Of a stretch of 42,918 bases of DNA, positions 40,018-42,918 are shown one piece after another. The notes below the pieces were generated by a model. That model did not search any database, was not told the origin of the DNA, and worked only from the letters and a program-made list of their open reading frames with translations. This stretch comes from Pseudomonadota bacterium. Lineage in GTDB: Bacteria > Pseudomonadota > Gammaproteobacteria > Burkholderiales > Burkholderiaceae_C. The stretch's first letter is position 1; each line of letters begins with the position of its first letter. Location: assembly GCA_039804505.1 (NCBI GenBank), contig JBDLWA010000148.1:1-42918 (forward strand). Direction: 5' to 3'. Both the position numbers and the translations under genes were made by a program.

Positions 40018-42651
40018 ATGCCCGCTCAAAAACCGAAGAAGCCCGTTAAAGCACAAGCCACGTCTGGCGCAAAGAAACCCATTAAAACCGTTGCCAAGCC
40101 CGTTGCAAAACCGGTGAGCAAGTCGGTGGCAAAACCAGCCCCGAAGGCAGCGGCCAAAACAAGTCCGGTCAAAGCCAAAGCCCCAGTCAAGGCGCCTGCA
40201 AAAGTGATTGCCAAAGTGCCCGTTAAGGCAGCTGCTAAAGCAGCTGTCAAGGCACCGGTGAAAACACCCGTCAAAGCAGCGCCTCAACCTGTCGCCAAAG
40301 CTGTCGCACCGGCCAAGAAAGTTAGCTCAGTGCCCGCATCCAAAAATTCAGCGCCCGTTAAAGTTGCAGCCAAGGCGCCCGCCAAAGCTGTCAAACCTGA
40401 AGTGAAAAAAGCGCCTGTGAAAGAAGCTGTGAAAGCCGTCAGCAAGGCCCCTGAAAAGAAACCCAGCAAAGCCGAAGCAGAAGCGATCGCTAAAGCTGAA
40501 AGCAAAACAAGCAGCAAAGCGGCAAGCGCCAAGGCTGACAAGCCCGCCAAAACAACACCGCCAGAGCTTGCTGCAAAAGCAGCTGGCGCGAAGCGTGGCC
40601 GCAAGCCTAAAGCGGATGTCTCAGCGCCCGTCGACGAAGATATGAGCGACATTGAAGACGACTTAGCCGGTGAGCCCATTCCCGAGTCCACTGAAAAAGT
40701 CAAACCACTGCGAATGAAAATCAGCAAGGCCAAAGAACGTGCCTTGATGAAAGAGTTCGGTTTGGATGAAACCGTGTTGTCCGAAGAAGACATGGCCAAA
40801 CGTCGTCAACGCCTGAAGGCTTTGATCAAGTTGGGCAAAACACGTGGCTACCTCACACACGGTGAAATTTCTGACCACTTGCCCGACAAGTTGGTCGACG
40901 CTGAAACCTTAGAAGTGGTGATTGCCACCCTGAACGATTTGGGCGTGGCGGTTTACGAACAAACACCCGATGCTGAAACCCTGATCATCACCGACAACGC
41001 TCCCACAGGCTCTACCGAAGAAGAAGCGGAAGAAGCTGCGGAAGCTGCTTTGTCCACGGTGGACAGTGAGTTCGGTCGCACGACCGACCCCGTTCGCATG
41101 TACATGCGCGAAATGGGAACCGTTGAGTTGCTCACACGCGAAGGCGAAATTGAAATCGCCAAGCGCATTGAAGGCGGCTTGATGGACATGATGACCGCCA
41201 TCAGTGCCTCCCCCGCTACCATTGCAGAAATTCTGCGATTGGCCGGTGAAATTCGTGAGGGCAAAGTGGTCATCTCTACCGTGGTGGATGGTTTCTCCAA
41301 CATCAATGAAGCCGACGACTATGTGGCGGAAGAAGATTTCGACGAATTTGACGAGTCAGATGATGACGACGGCAAAGGTGGCTCCAAAGCGCTGACCAAA
41401 AAACTGGAAGAGTTGAAGAACCAAGCCCTTGAGCGTTTTGACCGCATCACTGAACTCTTCGAAACAGTTCACACCATTTCGGCCAAAGAAGGCTGGGGCA
41501 CACCCGCTTATCAAAAAGCACAAAAAGAATTGTCCGACGAATTGATGACCATTCGCTTCACAGCGAAGACCATTGAAAAGTTGTGTGACATGGTGCGTGG
41601 CCACGTCGATGATGTGCGTAAAAAAGAACGCGAATTGCGTCGCATCATTGTGGACAAGTGCGGTTACCCCCAAGATCAGTTCATTGCAGAATTCAGCGGT
41701 CGCGACAAAAACAACCAACGCATTGCCTCACATTTGCTCGATTTGAAATGGATCGAAAAACAAGCAGCCGCAGGCAAGCCTTGGAGCGCCGTCATGGGTC
41801 GCAACATTCCACCCGTGCAAGATTTGCAGCAGAAACTGACCGACTTGCAGTCACGTGTGGTGGTGCCTTTGGACGAACTCAAAGACATCAATAAGCGCAT
41901 GAATGCCGGTGAGCGCGCTTCTCGTCACGCCAAGAAAGAAATGATTGAAGCCAACTTGCGTTTGGTCATTTCGATTGCCAAAAAATACACCAACCGCGGA
42001 TTGCAATTCCTTGACTTGATTCAAGAAGGCAACATCGGCTTGATGAAGGCCGTGGACAAGTTTGAATACCGTCGTGGCTACAAGTTCTCCACTTATGCCA
42101 CTTGGTGGATTCGTCAGGCCATTACCCGCTCTATTGCGGATCAGGCCCGCACCATCCGTATTCCCGTTCACATGATCGAGACGATCAACAAGATGAACCG
42201 TATTTCTCGTCAGCACTTGCAGGAATTTGGCTTTGAGCCCGATGCCAGCATCTTGGCCGAGAAGATGGAAATTCCGGAAGACAAGATTCGCAAGATCATG
42301 AAGATTGCCAAAGAGCCCATCTCCATGGAAACGCCCATCGGTGACGATGACGACAGCCACTTGGGTGACTTCATCGAAGACAGCGCTAACACAGCGCCTA
42401 TCGATGCCGCCATGCAAGCCGGCTTGCGCGATGTCGTCAAAGATATCTTAGACAGCCTCACACCGCGCGAAGCCAAAGTGTTGCGCATGCGTTTTGGTAT
42501 TGAAATGTCGACCGACCACACCTTGGAAGAAGTGGGCAAACAGTTTGACGTGACGCGCGAGCGCATTCGTCAAATTGAAGCAAAGGCACTTCGCAAGTTG
42601 AAGCACCCCAGCCGCAGCGACAAACTGCGCAGCTTCATCGACACCATCTAA
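40018..42651 (+). CDS. rpoD: RNA polymerase primary sigma factor (sigma70) with long basic N-terminal extension
   Basis: [39 protein letters not shown] and [17 protein letters not shown]; SD GAGG before ATG 40018. Confidence 0.97.
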   Translation: MPAQKPKKPVKAQATSGAKKPIKTVAKPVAKPVSKSVAKPAPKAAAKTSPVKAKAPVKAPAKVIAKVPVKAAAKAAVKAPVKTPVKAAPQPVAKAVAPAKKVSSVPASKNSAPVKVAAKAPAKAVKPEVKKAPVKEAVKAVSKAPEKKPSKAEAEAIAKAESKTSSKAASAKADKPAKTTPPELAAKAAGAKRGRKPKADVSAPVDEDMSDIEDDLAGEPIPESTEKVKPLRMKISKAKERALMKEFGLDETVLSEEDMAKRRQRLKALIKLGKTRGYLTHGEISDHLPDKLVDAETLEVVIATLNDLGVAVYEQTPDAETLIITDNAPTGSTEEEAEEAAEAALSTVDSEFGRTTDPVRMYMREMGTVELLTREGEIEIAKRIEGGLMDMMTAISASPATIAEILRLAGEIREGKVVISTVVDGFSNINEADDYVAEEDFDEFDESDDDDGKGGSKALTKKLEELKNQALERFDRITELFETVHTISAKEGWGTPAYQKAQKELSDELMTIRFTAKTIEKLCDMVRGHVDDVRKKERELRRIIVDKCGYPQDQFIAEFSGRDKNNQRIASHLLDLKWIEKQAAAGKPWSAVMGRNIPPVQDLQQKLTDLQSRVVVPLDELKDINKRMNAGERASRHAKKEMIEANLRLVISIAKKYTNRGLQFLDLIQEGNIGLMKAVDKFEYRRGYKFSTYATWWIRQAITRSIADQARTIRIPVHMIETINKMNRISRQHLQEFGFEPDASILAEKMEIPEDKIRKIMKIAKEPISMETPIGDDDDSHLGDFIEDSANTAPIDAAMQAGLRDVVKDILDSLTPREAKVLRMRFGIEMSTDHTLEEVGKQFDVTRERIRQIEAKALRKLKHPSRSDKLRSFIDTI

Positions 42652-42686
42652 TCTCAAGGCCCTGCCCCCTATCCACGGGGCAAGAG

Positions 42687-42719
42687 AAAACCCGCTTGTT
42701 TGCACAGGCGGGTTTTTTT
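42687..42719 (+). terminator. Intrinsic terminator after rpoD
   Basis: AAAACCCGCTTGT-TTGC-ACAGGCGGGTTTTTTT. Confidence 0.88.
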
Positions 42720-42812
42720 ATTTGGGTATTGAGGTTTGTCTTGAACGGGACTGTCAGGAAAATTAAATACCAAATTTTTAAGATACCTGCTTTACAAAAT
42801 ACAAGACCTGCT

Positions 42813-42918
42813 GTGCTCGAACGTTTACTTTACCGATCCAAAGCCACCAACACCTTGGGCAGTTTGCATCTGTTCAATATGCTGTCGGAAGCTCGTACAA
42901 AGAACGCTCGTCTGGGTA
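42813..42918 (+). CDS. BLUF-domain (blue-light flavin sensor) protein, 5' part (runs off window)
   Basis: From GTG 42813 it reads MLERLLYRSKATNTLGSLHLFNMLSEARTKNARLG, matching the BLUF N-terminus (LxYxS ... L..AR..N...G). Not in the ORF track. Confidence 0.78.
   Translation, partial: MLERLLYRSKATNTLGSLHLFNMLSEARTKNARLG

Noticed and set aside
40060-40560. Repetitive DNA in rpoD, the small protein gene and the RND adaptor as possible CRISPR or tandem-repeat array
   Set aside because: Degenerate codon-level repeats encoding Ala/Pro/Lys; no constant repeat-spacer structure and no cas genes.

Overview
A core-genome window of about 43 kb from a betaproteobacterium. Gene content, order and protein style point to Comamonadaceae, probably Limnohabitans-like (inference). 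It is almost entirely housekeeping or metabolic: RDD(partial)-dgkA-LOG, nadE-glnB, a FemAB-like GNAT, divergent ppa/hppA, ALDH-SDR-moaA-mobA-moeA, an RND pump pair, rnhA/methyltransferase/gloB/mltD, an orphan ABC binding protein, dnaX-ybaB-recR, the SRP RNA (ffs), a flavoprotein, trxA-rho-rpmE2, an ArnT-like protein, MATE, ABM, MarR/FAH/TRAP, NUDIX, a small secreted Ala/Pro/Lys protein, dnaG-rpoD and the start of a BLUF-domain gene that the ORF track misses. I saw no mobile element, CRISPR array, tRNA, rRNA or defence island, and I cannot support a new multi-gene system. The best leads are small-scale. (1) A ~100-nt extended hairpin in the hppA 5' leader pairs with its own Shine-Dalgarno and is a candidate undescribed cis-regulatory RNA between two divergent pyrophosphatase genes. 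(2) An A9 tract in dnaX has stops close by in both shifted frames, suggesting tau/gamma recoding. (3) A nested-stem element lies between trxA and rho. (4) There is a candidate L31 leader. (5) Sigma70 carries a ~200-aa histone-H1-like tail with a possible second start. All structures were paired by eye; no folding or database search was run.
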